A program made the translations under genes and the position numbers. This document shows positions 1 to 8,517 of a stretch of 64,000 bases of DNA, piece by piece; the first letter of the stretch is position 1, and each line of letters starts with the position of its first letter. The notes under the pieces were generated by a model. The model saw nothing but the letters and a program-made list of their open reading frames with translations, did no database searches and was not told where the DNA came from. Source of the DNA: an uncultured Chthonomonadaceae bacterium (GTDB lineage: Bacteria > Armatimonadota > Chthonomonadetes > Chthonomonadales > CAJBBX01); contig CAZFLM010000008.1 of assembly GCA_964519955.1 (NCBI GenBank), positions 4,732 through 68,731 on the forward strand. Direction: 5' to 3'.

Positions 1-22
1 CCCCACGTGCGGCACTCACATG

Positions 23-2047
23 CTATGCACCTTCTCGATTCGCCGCGGGGCGTCCGGCCTCCTCCCCCGAGACGGCCCCAAGTGCGAAGAGGTCGTGCAG
101 GAACGACATGATGAACGGACCCAGAATGAAGGTGGCCGCGATCACCCCGGAGTCGTTGAAGAGGAACGCGACGACCGCCACGATGCCGGCAGCGCGGAAC
201 CCGTGGCGGCGGTCTTGCCACTCCGCCCACGGGTCGCGCCCCTTCTCCTTCAGCCGCTCGTTCACGATCCAGAGCGCGGCGACCGTCAGCAGAGCCGAGG
301 TCAACATGATCGGGTTCGCGGCGATGCGCAGGTTCATCGCCAGCTTCCGCGCGACGATGTCGGCCAGGTGCCACCAGCCAAGCGCCTCCGTCGACGCGAG
401 GGCGCCGCCCATGTGCGATGAGCCGGCGCCGGTCGCCCCGCGTTCGAGCAACGCCACAAGGAACGCCGCGGCGAAGCCGCCGGCTGTCCACAGCAGCGCG
501 TTTCGCCACTGGTACCGGCGCCCGCGCGAGACGGACACTGCCGCGCCCAGTGCCGCCGCCCCGACGATGATGCCTCCCGCCTTGGCGCCCAGCGCCGGGT
601 GCCCCAGCACCGCCCAGGCGCATGCCAGCATGCCGATCCGCTCCCACGCGTGCCAGGGCACCGAGCAGGCGGCGAACAGCGCGCAGCCGATCAGCACACC
701 CATGTACTCATTGCCGATGCCGTAGAACCGAATGCCCTGCAACTGGTAGCCCGAGAACATCGAGAACTGCACCAGGCCCAGGCGGAGCACGGCGTCCACG
801 AAGATGACGGCTGCCGTCGCGCCCAGCACGAGCGTGGGGCCGTCCGGCGCCCTCCGGCGCGTGGCCAGGCCCGCCGCCGCCCCGAGCGCCAGCATCAGGC
901 CGCCGATCGCGGCGCTCAGCACGGCCAGCGACTGGGCGCGCAGCGGAACGGCTAGCATCATGGCCAGCGGCATCGTGAGCAGCACCAGAGCCGCCCACCG
1001 GAAGCCCGCCGTCCGCCAGCCCCGCGCGCCGGCCAGCAGCCCGCCGAACACGACGATGGCGCAGATGACTCCGAGGCCAAGGAACACCGGCACGAGCGCC
1101 GCTTCGTTCGTCGCGACGATCCGGTCGAGCCGGGCTGCCTCGCTCAGCGGCGCGGCCGTCTCCTCGGACATCCAGGCGTGCCCGGGGGTGCCGGGAGCGG
1201 CCTCCACGCCGGCCCGCGCCAGCAGCGTCGGCGCCAGGTCGAGGTTGCTCACCAGCCCGGGCGTCCGCGTGGTGGCGGAGGTCAGCAGCCCGCGCTCCCA
1301 CGACGGCCCGGCGCACACGATGGCGGGCAGACGCCTGCGGCCGACGAACCAGTCCGGCGAGGGGAGGGGGCAGACGATGATGTCCGCATCCGCTGGCACG
1401 GACCCGAGCACCTCATTCGCGTCCTGCGGCGAAGGGCAGTCGACCAGCACGTCGGCGCCGGCGTCCGCCACGGCTGTCGCAAGGTCCGCCGCCACCGGTC
1501 CCAACCCGTTCGCGTGGACGAACAGCAGCCCGGCAGGCGCGGCGCCGGCGGCTCGCCCGCGCATCACTGCGAGCCAGCGGCCCTGGCGCGCCAGGAGCGC
1601 GCCCAGCAGCCGCTCATTGAGCCCTCGGCGCGTGAGCGGACCGATGCCCAGGTGAACGAGATGCGCGTCCTGCGGGACGTCGAGGCCGCTCCGCCGCGAG
1701 AACGCTACGACTGCCGGCACGCCCTCATCCGCGGACATGTCACCCGGGTGCATCACCTCGGCGTCGCCGGGCTCGGCCGGCACATGGTCGCCCACCGCGA
1801 GCGTGAGGAGCGTGGTCGCAGGGTCGCGGCGCGGGGCGGCCATGTTCATCAAGCCGATCGCGCCCCGTGCCGCAAGCTCATTCAGGCGGGGCAGCGCAGG
1901 GCTCGCGATGTCGTCGGTCGTGAGCCCGGGGCAGAGGATGAGGAACAGGCGCGGGCGCGGAAGCGGGTCTGCCGCGGCCAGGCGGGGCAGGCACAGAGCC
2001 GCGGCGGCGAGGACGAGAACGAAGATGGGGAGTCTGCGAGCTGCCAT
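23..2047 (-). CDS. Membrane protein: signal peptide, alkaline-phosphatase/sulfatase-like exported domain, polytopic C-terminal membrane domain
   Basis: 674-aa ORF. N-terminus MAARRLPIFVLVLAAAALCL is signal-like. TRTPGLVSNLDLAPTLLARAGV resembles the AP/sulfatase-superfamily motif. The C-terminal half has many hydrophobic helices. Family call is from memory only. Confidence 0.6.
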   Translation of the reverse strand: MAARRLPIFVLVLAAAALCLPRLAAADPLPRPRLFLILCPGLTTDDIASPALPRLNELAARGAIGLMNMAAPRRDPATTLLTLAVGDHVPAEPGDAEVMHPGDMSADEGVPAVVAFSRRSGLDVPQDAHLVHLGIGPLTRRGLNERLLGALLARQGRWLAVMRGRAAGAAPAGLLFVHANGLGPVAADLATAVADAGADVLVDCPSPQDANEVLGSVPADADIIVCPLPSPDWFVGRRRLPAIVCAGPSWERGLLTSATTRTPGLVSNLDLAPTLLARAGVEAAPGTPGHAWMSEETAAPLSEAARLDRIVATNEAALVPVFLGLGVICAIVVFGGLLAGARGWRTAGFRWAALVLLTMPLAMMLAVPLRAQSLAVLSAAIGGLMLALGAAAGLATRRRAPDGPTLVLGATAAVIFVDAVLRLGLVQFSMFSGYQLQGIRFYGIGNEYMGVLIGCALFAACSVPWHAWERIGMLACAWAVLGHPALGAKAGGIIVGAAALGAAVSVSRGRRYQWRNALLWTAGGFAAAFLVALLERGATGAGSSHMGGALASTEALGWWHLADIVARKLAMNLRIAANPIMLTSALLTVAALWIVNERLKEKGRDPWAEWQDRRHGFRAAGIVAVVAFLFNDSGVIAATFILGPFIMSFLHDLFALGAVSGEEAGRPAANREGA

Positions 2048-2061
2048 CTGGGCGCCCGGGC

Positions 2062-3729
2062 CTACTCGGCCAGGCCGAGCAACTCGCGCGCGGCGCGGCG
2101 TACGGCCTCGGTCGTCTCGGCGCCGGACAGCATGCGAGCCAGCTCCTCGATCCGCTCATCCTGGCTGAGCGGCGAGACCGATACGGTGGTGCGCTCGCCC
2201 GCGACCTGCTTCTCGATGTAGAGGTGCGTGTCGCCCCGCCCAGCGATCTGCGGCAGGTGCGTGATGCACAGCACCTGGGCGCCGCGCGCCAGAGCGCTCA
2301 GCTTGTCCGCGATGACGCCCGCCGTGCGCCCGCCCACGCCGGTGTCGATCTCGTCGAACACCATCGTCGGCAGCGGGTCGCGCCGGGCCATCGCGCTCTT
2401 GATGGCCAGCATCACGCGCGACAGCTCGCCGCCGGACGCGATCTTGGCCAGCGGGCGCAGCGGCTCGCCGGGGTTCGGCGAGATGAGGAACTCGACCCGG
2501 TCCGCGCCCCGCGCTGTTGGCTCGCAGGGCTCCAGTGACACCTCGAAGCGCGTGCGCGCCATGCCCAGGTCGGCCAGTTCGGCGAGCACGGCCTCCGCGA
2601 ACGCCTGACCCTTCCGTCGCCGCAGCTCGCTCAGCCGCCCCGCCCTGTCCGTGTACTCGGCCTCAACCCGCGCGATCTCGGCGTCCAGCTCTGCCCCGCG
2701 CTCCTCGCTGTGCGTCAGGGCGTTCAGCTTCTCGGTGGTCGCCTGGCCGTAGGCCACCACCTCGTCGAGAGTGTCGCCGTACTTCCGCTTGAGGCTCCGC
2801 AGCATCTCCAGCCGCTCCTCGACCTGCTCCAGCCGCTCGGGGTCCAGTTCCACCGAGTCCGCATAGCGCCGCAGATCGTGGGCGACCTCCTCCGCCTCGT
2901 AGCGCGCGGCGTTCAGGGCCTCCAGGATCGGGCGCACCCGGTCATCGAGGTCGGCGATGTCCTCCAGCGCGCGGGCCGCCTGCGCCAGCGAATCGACGGC
3001 GCCTCCGCCCTCGCCCGATAGCCCGTCGCTTGCCGCTGCGGCGGCCTCGCCGAGCCGCTGGGCGTTCGCTAGGCGCTTGGCGTCCGCCTCCAGCTCCTCG
3101 TCCTCACCGGGTCTGGGGGCTGCCTCGCCGATCTCGTTCACCTGGAAGGAGTAGAGGTCGACGAGGTGCGCACGCTCGCGGGCGTCCCGCGCGAGGTTGT
3201 CGCGCTCCTCCCGCAGGCGGCATGCTACCTCGTAGGTCTCGGCGACCTGCTCGCGGAGCGCCAGCACCTCCGGCCCGCCCCAGCCATCCAGGATGTCGAG
3301 GTGGCGCGGCACGGAGAGGAGCGACTGGTGGTCGTGCTGGCCGTGGAGGTCGACGAGGTCCTCGGCGAGCGCGCGGAGTTGGCCGATCGTAGCGGGGCGT
3401 CCGCCGATGCGAGCGGACGACTTGCCGCCGCCGGCGATCTCCCGCGTGATGAGCAGCTCGCCGTCGTCGCACTCGAAGCCGGCATCCGCCAGCGCGGCCG
3501 CGATGTGGTCGGCGCCTTCGAGATCGAAGACGCCGTCCACGATGGCGCGGTCCGCGCCGCCTCGCACGACCTCGGCGCCGACGCGCCCGCCGAGGATGGC
3601 CGTCAGCGCGTCGATGAGGATCGACTTGCCCGCGCCCGTCTCACCCGTCAACACGTTCAGTCCCGGGCCGAAGGACACATCGAGCCGGTCGATGATCGCG
3701 AAGTTGCGGATGGCAAGGGCACGCAGCAT
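2062..3729 (-). CDS. recN: DNA repair protein RecN
   Basis: MLRALAIRNFAIIDRLDVSFGPGLNVLTGETGAGKSILIDAL Walker A/SMC-like N-terminus, coiled-coil middle, and a C-terminal ASGGELSRVMLAIK signature with VFDEIDTGVGG Walker B. ATG at 3729 chosen; the upstream 75 codons of the track ORF look non-coding. Confidence 0.93.
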   Translation of the reverse strand: MLRALAIRNFAIIDRLDVSFGPGLNVLTGETGAGKSILIDALTAILGGRVGAEVVRGGADRAIVDGVFDLEGADHIAAALADAGFECDDGELLITREIAGGGKSSARIGGRPATIGQLRALAEDLVDLHGQHDHQSLLSVPRHLDILDGWGGPEVLALREQVAETYEVACRLREERDNLARDARERAHLVDLYSFQVNEIGEAAPRPGEDEELEADAKRLANAQRLGEAAAAASDGLSGEGGGAVDSLAQAARALEDIADLDDRVRPILEALNAARYEAEEVAHDLRRYADSVELDPERLEQVEERLEMLRSLKRKYGDTLDEVVAYGQATTEKLNALTHSEERGAELDAEIARVEAEYTDRAGRLSELRRRKGQAFAEAVLAELADLGMARTRFEVSLEPCEPTARGADRVEFLISPNPGEPLRPLAKIASGGELSRVMLAIKSAMARRDPLPTMVFDEIDTGVGGRTAGVIADKLSALARGAQVLCITHLPQIAGRGDTHLYIEKQVAGERTTVSVSPLSQDERIEELARMLSGAETTEAVRRAARELLGLAE

Positions 3730-3736
3730 GGCGGTG

Positions 3737-5659
3737 CTATGGCCAGAACGCGTAGGTCGGATTGCCCGAGGCGATGCCGTAGATAGTCCACAGACTGCCC
3801 AGGACGCACTCGCCGAGGATGATCCCCAGGAACAGCGGCAGAGCCTGCCGGTAGGCGCGCAGCCCGCCGTAGCGGAGGATGCAGAGCTTGATGATCCACG
3901 CGACCATGAGCGGCAGCCAGAGCAGGCCCAGCGACCACGAGCTGGATACGGCATAGCCGACGGGGTGGAACGGGAACCAGGCTACCCGCAGGCGCAGCAT
4001 GTTGAGCAGCAGCGTGACACCGAGGCCGACGCCGATCGCTACCTGCGTGTTGAACTGCTGCTGCTTCGGCGAGGGGGTGCTGACCCAGCCGGACATGCGG
4101 TTCCACGGCTCGCCGCCGAAGATCATCTGCACGTTCGGGGGAGCGACCTTCTCCGCCGCGCCCACCTGGTAGGTCTGGTGCAGGTCCGCCCAGAACGCGC
4201 AGAGGGCGCCGAACACGATGGCGAGCAGCATCGCGCCGAACAGCGGCCGGTACTTGCCGCCGATGCGCTCGGCCATCTTGAAGCCCTCGAGCTGGATCGG
4301 CATCGGGTGCGAGCGGTACGCCCGGTTGAAGCCGTAGAACATCGAGAACATCGCCAGGTCGGAGCGCGGGATCTGGTTGGAGTTGGTGATCGCCGGGATG
4401 ATCGAGTCCGGCCCGGCCATGTGCAGGTCGTGGGCAGGCGGGCCCAACTCCGCCCGCATGCGGGTGATGGCGATGGCCAGCGTGAAGTAGATCGCGAAGA
4501 ACGCGCCGATGTACGTCCAGCTCATCTTGCAGGCGTAGCAGAAGCCGAAGATGGCCGCGCACCCGACGACGATGCCGATGACCGCCAGCCGGTAGGGGAG
4601 GGCCTCACGCGCGTCGCCCAGGTCAGTCTTCCAGTTGAGCATGCCCTGGAAGATACGCACGAAGTGGCTGCGGCTCACGTAGAGCGCGAACAGCGCGAGG
4701 CCGCAGTAGGCCCCGAACGACTGCGCTTCCTTGTACGGGAAGCCCGGGATCTCCGAGTAGCCGAACATGGCCCCGAAGACCGATTCCGCACGCCACACCC
4801 AGGCGAAGAACCACACCGAGAAGAGCAGGTCGACCGGCAGCAGCATGCCCAGCGCCACGCCGAACGGGTAGATGGCGATCGGCGTCCACCCGATGGCGTT
4901 CCACGGCGGCTGCGTGACGTACGTGTTCAGGTCCTGCGCCCCGTCGAAGCGCTTGAGCGGCAGCAGCGGAAGCTGCGGGTACATGTACGCCAGCCCGTTC
5001 CACATGTGGAGACTGCCCGCAACCGCGATGCCCCACCAGAACAGCTTGTTCTTGAAGAGCTGTGTCTTCGGGCTCACCATCTCGAGCGGCAGCGCCACGA
5101 GCGGGTAGGACAGGCGCTCGTTCTCGGTCCACTGCCGGCGCAGCAGCGTGTTGATGCACAGCATCACCAGCACGAGGAGCGAGAGGAAGGCGGTCCAACT
5201 CAGGACCGGGGTCAGCCACACACGGATGTTGTGCCACGTGTAGAACGACCCGGTGCCGATGTAGAACCCCTCCAGAGCCGTCTTGTCCGACACGGAGAGC
5301 CAGGAGGGCACATAGGGGATGATGTTGGTGGCCCACGCGTTCTCGGGGCGCGCGAAGTAGTGCACGTGCGCCATGATGGGCAGCAGCACCTCGATCATGT
5401 CGTGCCCGGTGATCGCCGATGCCAGCGCAAGCATGATGTAGCACGTTATGAGTTCGCCCGGATCGAGGGCGAGCCGAGGCAGGACGCGCCGTACCAGCGT
5501 GTTCAGGCCGATCAGCACGACGAGCAGGAAGACGACGTTGTAGAACAGCGAGATCGTCGTCGGATGGCCCGCGTACCGGATCACCTCCATGCGGATGACC
5601 CAGTAGGCGTTCAGCGGCATCAACAGCAATGCGATCAGGACCGCGCGCCAGGTCACCAT
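3737..5659 (-). CDS. Large polytopic membrane protein of unknown function (possibly DUF6784/6785-like)
   Basis: 640 aa from the ATG at 5659 (MVTWRAVLIALLLMPLNAYW...). It has more than 12 hydrophobic segments and coding-like composition. The stop lies 8 nt upstream of the recN start. Confidence 0.7.
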   Translation of the reverse strand: MVTWRAVLIALLLMPLNAYWVIRMEVIRYAGHPTTISLFYNVVFLLVVLIGLNTLVRRVLPRLALDPGELITCYIMLALASAITGHDMIEVLLPIMAHVHYFARPENAWATNIIPYVPSWLSVSDKTALEGFYIGTGSFYTWHNIRVWLTPVLSWTAFLSLLVLVMLCINTLLRRQWTENERLSYPLVALPLEMVSPKTQLFKNKLFWWGIAVAGSLHMWNGLAYMYPQLPLLPLKRFDGAQDLNTYVTQPPWNAIGWTPIAIYPFGVALGMLLPVDLLFSVWFFAWVWRAESVFGAMFGYSEIPGFPYKEAQSFGAYCGLALFALYVSRSHFVRIFQGMLNWKTDLGDAREALPYRLAVIGIVVGCAAIFGFCYACKMSWTYIGAFFAIYFTLAIAITRMRAELGPPAHDLHMAGPDSIIPAITNSNQIPRSDLAMFSMFYGFNRAYRSHPMPIQLEGFKMAERIGGKYRPLFGAMLLAIVFGALCAFWADLHQTYQVGAAEKVAPPNVQMIFGGEPWNRMSGWVSTPSPKQQQFNTQVAIGVGLGVTLLLNMLRLRVAWFPFHPVGYAVSSSWSLGLLWLPLMVAWIIKLCILRYGGLRAYRQALPLFLGIILGECVLGSLWTIYGIASGNPTYAFWP

Positions 5660-5924
5660 GCGGGGATGCCGCTTGCCGGCGGAGGTCTCATCTGTCGGGG
5701 CGGTGTCGGGCCCGCGGCGGGGGTTAAGCAAGGGTATGCCTCGTTGCGTGTGTGTGGTAATGCCAATTTCGTCCTGGCAGTACCGGGTTCCTTCCGGACT
5801 AGCCCAGGATGTGCCCAAACCGGCGCCAACTCATCGGCCAAGCGCGGCATCAGGGCCAATCGGTCCGGTCCGTCCGCTACCGCCCGCGCCGCCGTGGACC
5901 GCCGCCGCCCTCGGCGGCAACCCG

Positions 5925-7046
5925 CTACCCGCCGAACACGTCCTGTACGGCCTCCAGGTACGCCGTGCCGTGCACGGTGTCCGGTAGGAGGTAGCTGCCC
6001 TCCGTCCACTCGTTCCAGGCGTTCAGCGTCACCATGGCGCACTCCGGGTGCCGGGCCGCGTACTCCTTGGCGCGAGCCAGCGCGCGACCGAATGCCTCCG
6101 GGGTGTTGCCGTCGAGGATCGAGGTGAACGGGTAGCCGCGCGCCTCATACGTATCCGAGACGATCGTGCGCGGGCTGGGATCCCATCCCATCGACACGTT
6201 GGGGTAGTACGGCGCCTCGAACCGGGCCGCGTACTCGTCCCATACCGCCGCGTTCCGTTCCAGGGCCCGCTCGTAGCTGCCGCGCGGGAAGCCGTCCGTG
6301 TTCGGGTCGTAGTGGTGTACCCAGGCGTACGAGCCGATGCTGTCGACCCCCAGCTCGCGCACCACGGATGCCGGGTCGTCCAGCTTCAGCTCGCTCGGCA
6401 GGACCGTGACGCCCCAGACGATGGCGTTCAGGTGGAGGCCCGGGTGCCCGGCCCTTCGCGCCATCTCGCGGAACTCGTCGAGCGCGGCGCGCGCCTGGGG
6501 CAGCCCTCCGAGCCCGGAGATGAACGTGCCCAGCTCGTAGATGGAGAAGAAGGGCGCGCCGCCGATCCGCAGGTAGTTCGGCTCCCGGAAGTACCGATCC
6601 ACGCAGGTGGCGGCGATGCGCCGGAACCCTTCCGCGCCGACTCGGCCCGGCGACAGCAAGTCCGGACGGTTGCGCCAACCGATCGGGTGGATGTCGATCC
6701 AGTCGTGGTTCGCCCACATCAGCGCGAACTTCAGCCGCTCGCGGTTGGCCGCCCGCAGGAAGCCCTCTTCGAGCGCGCGCTGAAGGTACGGGCCGTCTTC
6801 GTAGTGGTACCAGTCGAACAGGAAGCTCGTGACGCCGTGGTCCGCGGCCAGGTCGATCTGCCGCGCCGCCCACGCGGGGTCCGCCTCGTCGAAGGCGCCC
6901 CACTCCGGCACGATGGGCTGCGCGTGGCCCTCGAAGCGTGGGCGGGCGCTGCTGACCAACTCCCACTCCGTCCAGCCTGTTCCGTGCCAGCGCTCGTTGC
7001 GCGGATCGACGTGGTAGTTGGGGAAGTAGTAGGCCGCGATCTCCAT
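5925..7046 (-). CDS. WbsX-like glycosyl hydrolase/transferase family protein
   Basis: MEIAAYYFPNYHVDPRNERWHGTGWTEWELV resembles the Glyco_tran_WbsX N-terminal signature (YYFPQ-H..P.N..WWG.GFTEW). An AAGGA RBS lies upstream of the ATG at 7046. Confidence 0.65.
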   Translation of the reverse strand: MEIAAYYFPNYHVDPRNERWHGTGWTEWELVSSARPRFEGHAQPIVPEWGAFDEADPAWAARQIDLAADHGVTSFLFDWYHYEDGPYLQRALEEGFLRAANRERLKFALMWANHDWIDIHPIGWRNRPDLLSPGRVGAEGFRRIAATCVDRYFREPNYLRIGGAPFFSIYELGTFISGLGGLPQARAALDEFREMARRAGHPGLHLNAIVWGVTVLPSELKLDDPASVVRELGVDSIGSYAWVHHYDPNTDGFPRGSYERALERNAAVWDEYAARFEAPYYPNVSMGWDPSPRTIVSDTYEARGYPFTSILDGNTPEAFGRALARAKEYAARHPECAMVTLNAWNEWTEGSYLLPDTVHGTAYLEAVQDVFGG

Positions 7047-7174
7047 CGGTGGCGTCCTTTCGGAGGCGGGCGCACCCGCCATCACTCCACACTACCCGAT
7101 GGCGCGGCTCCCGCGTGCACAGGCCGCGCCGAATGTCGCGCCTCGCTGCTGTGCCCGGCGGCGGCGAGCCGTTC

Positions 7175-7203
7175 TTGACAAGCTACGGGCAGCTTCGTAT
7201 ACT
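7175..7203 (+). promoter_or_regulatory. Sigma70-type promoter candidate (TTGACA-17-TATACT)
   Basis: TTGACA at 7175-7180, a 17-nt spacer, and TATACT at 7198-7203, about 80 nt upstream of the ATG at 7283. Confidence 0.5.
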
Positions 7204-7282
7204 GGGGGCCGAATCTGGGCTCATAGGGGGCGCAGCGGGCTTCGCCACGAGCGGAGCGCCGCGGCGCCGGGAGGCGACGACG

Positions 7283-8008
7283 ATGGCGAACGACAAGGTC
7301 AAGCGCTCCGAGTTGCTCGAGGATGCCTACGATCTGGGCATGACGCTGGTGATCCGGGGCGTGATCCTGGCGATCGTCTCCGCCGTGTGCCTCTGGCTGT
7401 TCAGCCGCATAGGCCTGTTCCCGCTGATGGTGCTGGCCGGCCTTGGCATCGCCGGCGGCGTGGTGGTCATCGGCAACGGCGCCCTGAAGATGGTGCGCGC
7501 AGGCGAGACCGGCACGGTCACCGTGACCTGTCCATACTGCGACAAGCCGATGGAGTTCCTCAAGGAGCCCACCGAGGACTACGACTGCGACCACTGCGAC
7601 CGGCGGGTGTACTTCCAGAACGGCAAAGTCGCGCCGGTGCGCCCGGTCAAGTGCACGATGTGCCAGGCCGAGTACCGCGTCTCCGTCGTAGCCCGCACCT
7701 TCACGTGCGAGCGCTGCAACCGCACCCTGCGCCTCGCCGGCGACAAGGTGGAGATCGTGGGCGAGGCCAGCGACGATGTCCTCCGCAACTACGACGTCCT
7801 GATCACCGAGGTCGGGCGCAACGGGACGGAGGTGGCGCTGGCGCTGCAGTCCATCCTGGTGTGCAACCTCCCCGAGGCGCGCCGGCAGATGCAGACCCTG
7901 CCGCTCACCGTTCTGCGGAATGTATCGGAGCGCAAGGCGGAGGCGATGCGCCGCAAGCTGCGCGACCTGGGCGCCGTGGCCGTCACCCGCCCGACCCAAG
8001 AGGCCTAG
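7283..8008 (+). CDS. Membrane-anchored protein with two zinc-ribbon motifs and a ribosomal L7/L12 C-terminal-like domain
   Basis: GGGAGG RBS then ATG at 7283. Two hydrophobic helices. CPYCDKP...CDHCDRR and CTMCQAE...CERCNRT CxxC pairs. The C-terminal NYDVLITEVGRNGTEVALALQSILVCNLPEARRQMQTLPLTVLRNVSERKAEAMRRKLRDLGAVAV resembles the L7/L12 CTD fold pattern. Confidence 0.65.
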   Translation: MANDKVKRSELLEDAYDLGMTLVIRGVILAIVSAVCLWLFSRIGLFPLMVLAGLGIAGGVVVIGNGALKMVRAGETGTVTVTCPYCDKPMEFLKEPTEDYDCDHCDRRVYFQNGKVAPVRPVKCTMCQAEYRVSVVARTFTCERCNRTLRLAGDKVEIVGEASDDVLRNYDVLITEVGRNGTEVALALQSILVCNLPEARRQMQTLPLTVLRNVSERKAEAMRRKLRDLGAVAVTRPTQEA

Positions 8009-8031
8009 CCTGCATCATGCACGAGTGCAGT

Positions 8032-8057
8032 GGTGGGATGGGCCTCCGTGCCCGTCC
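8032..8057. repeat. 26-nt REP-like hairpin element (GGTGGGATGGGCCTCCGTGCCCGTCC)
   Basis: The exact reverse complement recurs at 63629-63654. The core GGGCCTCCGTGCCCG also occurs at 31898-31912. All copies lie just 3' of stop codons. Confidence 0.7.
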
Positions 8058-8103
8058 GGTGCGACTCATGAATAGGTCAGGCTAGGCGCAGGAGCTGAGC
8101 AGC

Positions 8104-8430
8104 GTGTCAGAACCGGTCCTGGCCTACACGACCTCGTGGTGCCCCGACTGCCGGCGCTCCAAGCGCGTGATGACGCGCCTCGGCGTGGCCTTCACCGAGA
8201 TCGACATCGAGGAGGAGGCCGGCGCCGAGGAGTGCATGCGCGCGGCGAACGGCGGCAGCGGCAAGGTGCCGACCATCGTCATCGGCGACTGCGTCCTCGT
8301 GGAGCCGACCGACGAGGCGCTGGAGGAGGCGCTCTCCGCCCGGCCACGGGCCGACGCGGCGCCTGGTGGGGCCGAGTTGGAGGCCGAGGGCGAGTGCTGC
8401 CCGCTCTTTGGGCCTCCTGGAGATCGCTAG
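8104..8430 (+). CDS. Glutaredoxin-like / mycoredoxin-NrdH-like thiol-disulfide oxidoreductase
   Basis: GTG start. YTTSWCPDCRRSKRVM carries a CPxC active site and GKVPTIVIG a cis-Pro loop motif. A C-terminal acidic/Cys tail follows. Confidence 0.75.
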   Translation: MSEPVLAYTTSWCPDCRRSKRVMTRLGVAFTEIDIEEEAGAEECMRAANGGSGKVPTIVIGDCVLVEPTDEALEEALSARPRADAAPGGAELEAEGECCPLFGPPGDR

Positions 8431-8466
8431 CCTATCGGCAGTCCACGAACGCTGAGACAAACGAAC

Positions 8467-8492
8467 GGGCCACCCCACGACTGGGGTGGCCC
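8467..8492. terminator. Bidirectional hairpin between convergent genes
   Basis: GGGCCACCCC-acgact-GGGGTGGCCC is a 10-bp perfect stem. Confidence 0.55.
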
Positions 8493-8517
8493 GCTTCACT
8501 TCGGCAGTGCCGGCAGC

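Noticed and set aside
3293-6127. 944-aa plus-strand ORF overlapping recN and the polytopic membrane gene
   Set aside because: It lies antisense to two genes with clear coding signatures. Its translation is Arg/Ala/Pro/Gly/Asp-rich with no motifs. This is a typical high-GC shadow ORF.
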